The notes under the pieces: model-generated
What the model saw: the letters and a program-made list of their open reading frames with translations, nothing else
Databases searched by the model: none
Told to the model about the DNA's origin: nothing
Shown: positions 15,250-15,465 of the stretch, piece after piece
Numbering within the stretch: position 1 is the first letter of the stretch
How the letters are laid out: each line of letters starts with the position of its first letter
Made by a program: the position numbers and the translations under genes
Origin: a bacterium
GTDB lineage: Bacteria > Hinthialibacterota > Hinthialibacteria > Hinthialibacterales > Hinthialibacteraceae
DNA length: 15,465 nucleotides
Assembly: GCA_041946805.1 (NCBI GenBank)
Contig: JBHGBC010000222.1
Location: 1-15,465, forward strand
Direction of reading: 5' to 3'

Positions 15250-15430
15250 CCCTCTCCCTGGCCCTCTCCCAGAAAGAGAGGGAATGGATTAGCGTTTCCA
15301 GCCATGCTCAGATCCCGAATAAAGCACTGAGGAAGTTCAGCATTCAGGTAAATAGGGATGAGGGCGGACACCAAGGTCCGCCCCTACCCAAATACCCTCA
15401 CCCTAACCCTCTCCCAGAGGGAGAGGGAAT
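15250..15430 (+). repeat. Pair of CCCTC(A/T)CCCT..CCCTCTCCCAGA..GAGAGGGAAT REP-like direct repeats (15250-15285, 15395-15430)
   Basis: Two 36-bp copies with 31/36 identity, each ending in a CCCTCTC…GAGAGGG hairpin. Confidence 0.85.
15361..15387 (-). repeat. GTAG-type REP palindrome
   Basis: The minus strand reads GTAG-GGGCGGAC-CTTGGT-GTCCGCCC-T: a GTAG tetranucleotide followed by an 8-bp stem, the canonical REP layout. Confidence 0.8.
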
Positions 15431-15465
15431 TTCGGGGGTGGTTTTCATCGATCATTTCGAAGAGA

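Noticed and set aside
15047..15374. Short minus-strand ORFs of 62 and 107 aa
   Set aside because: They have no RBS or recognisable motifs, and the longer one is translated through REP-like repeats.

Overview
GC-rich bacterial DNA made of a mosaic accessory region (about 1-8220) and ordinary host genes (about 8222-15465). On the left, the minus strand carries an operon of a secreted TPR protein and a Sec-signal YD/RHS-repeat protein. The RHS gene runs off the window edge and is missing from the ORF track. The middle holds a decayed integrative element: an arm-type tyrosine integrase with tandem arm-like repeats, an excisionase-like HTH fused in frame to an IS1380 transposase remnant, an IS5 remnant and an orphan gene. 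The element's AT-rich end abuts a 5'-truncated o-succinylbenzoate synthase/N-acylamino acid racemase gene (menC-like), which suggests integration into that gene. On the right are three exported proteins on the minus strand and several REP-like palindromes. The most notable unannotated structure is a ~20-bp motif, GGTTCATCCGGTAAGTG, present four times. Two copies form the terminal inverted repeats of a 260-bp MITE-like unit. Two copies sit exactly against a stop codon, and two tightly bracket one gene like a cassette. All family assignments come from motif recognition by eye; no searches were run.
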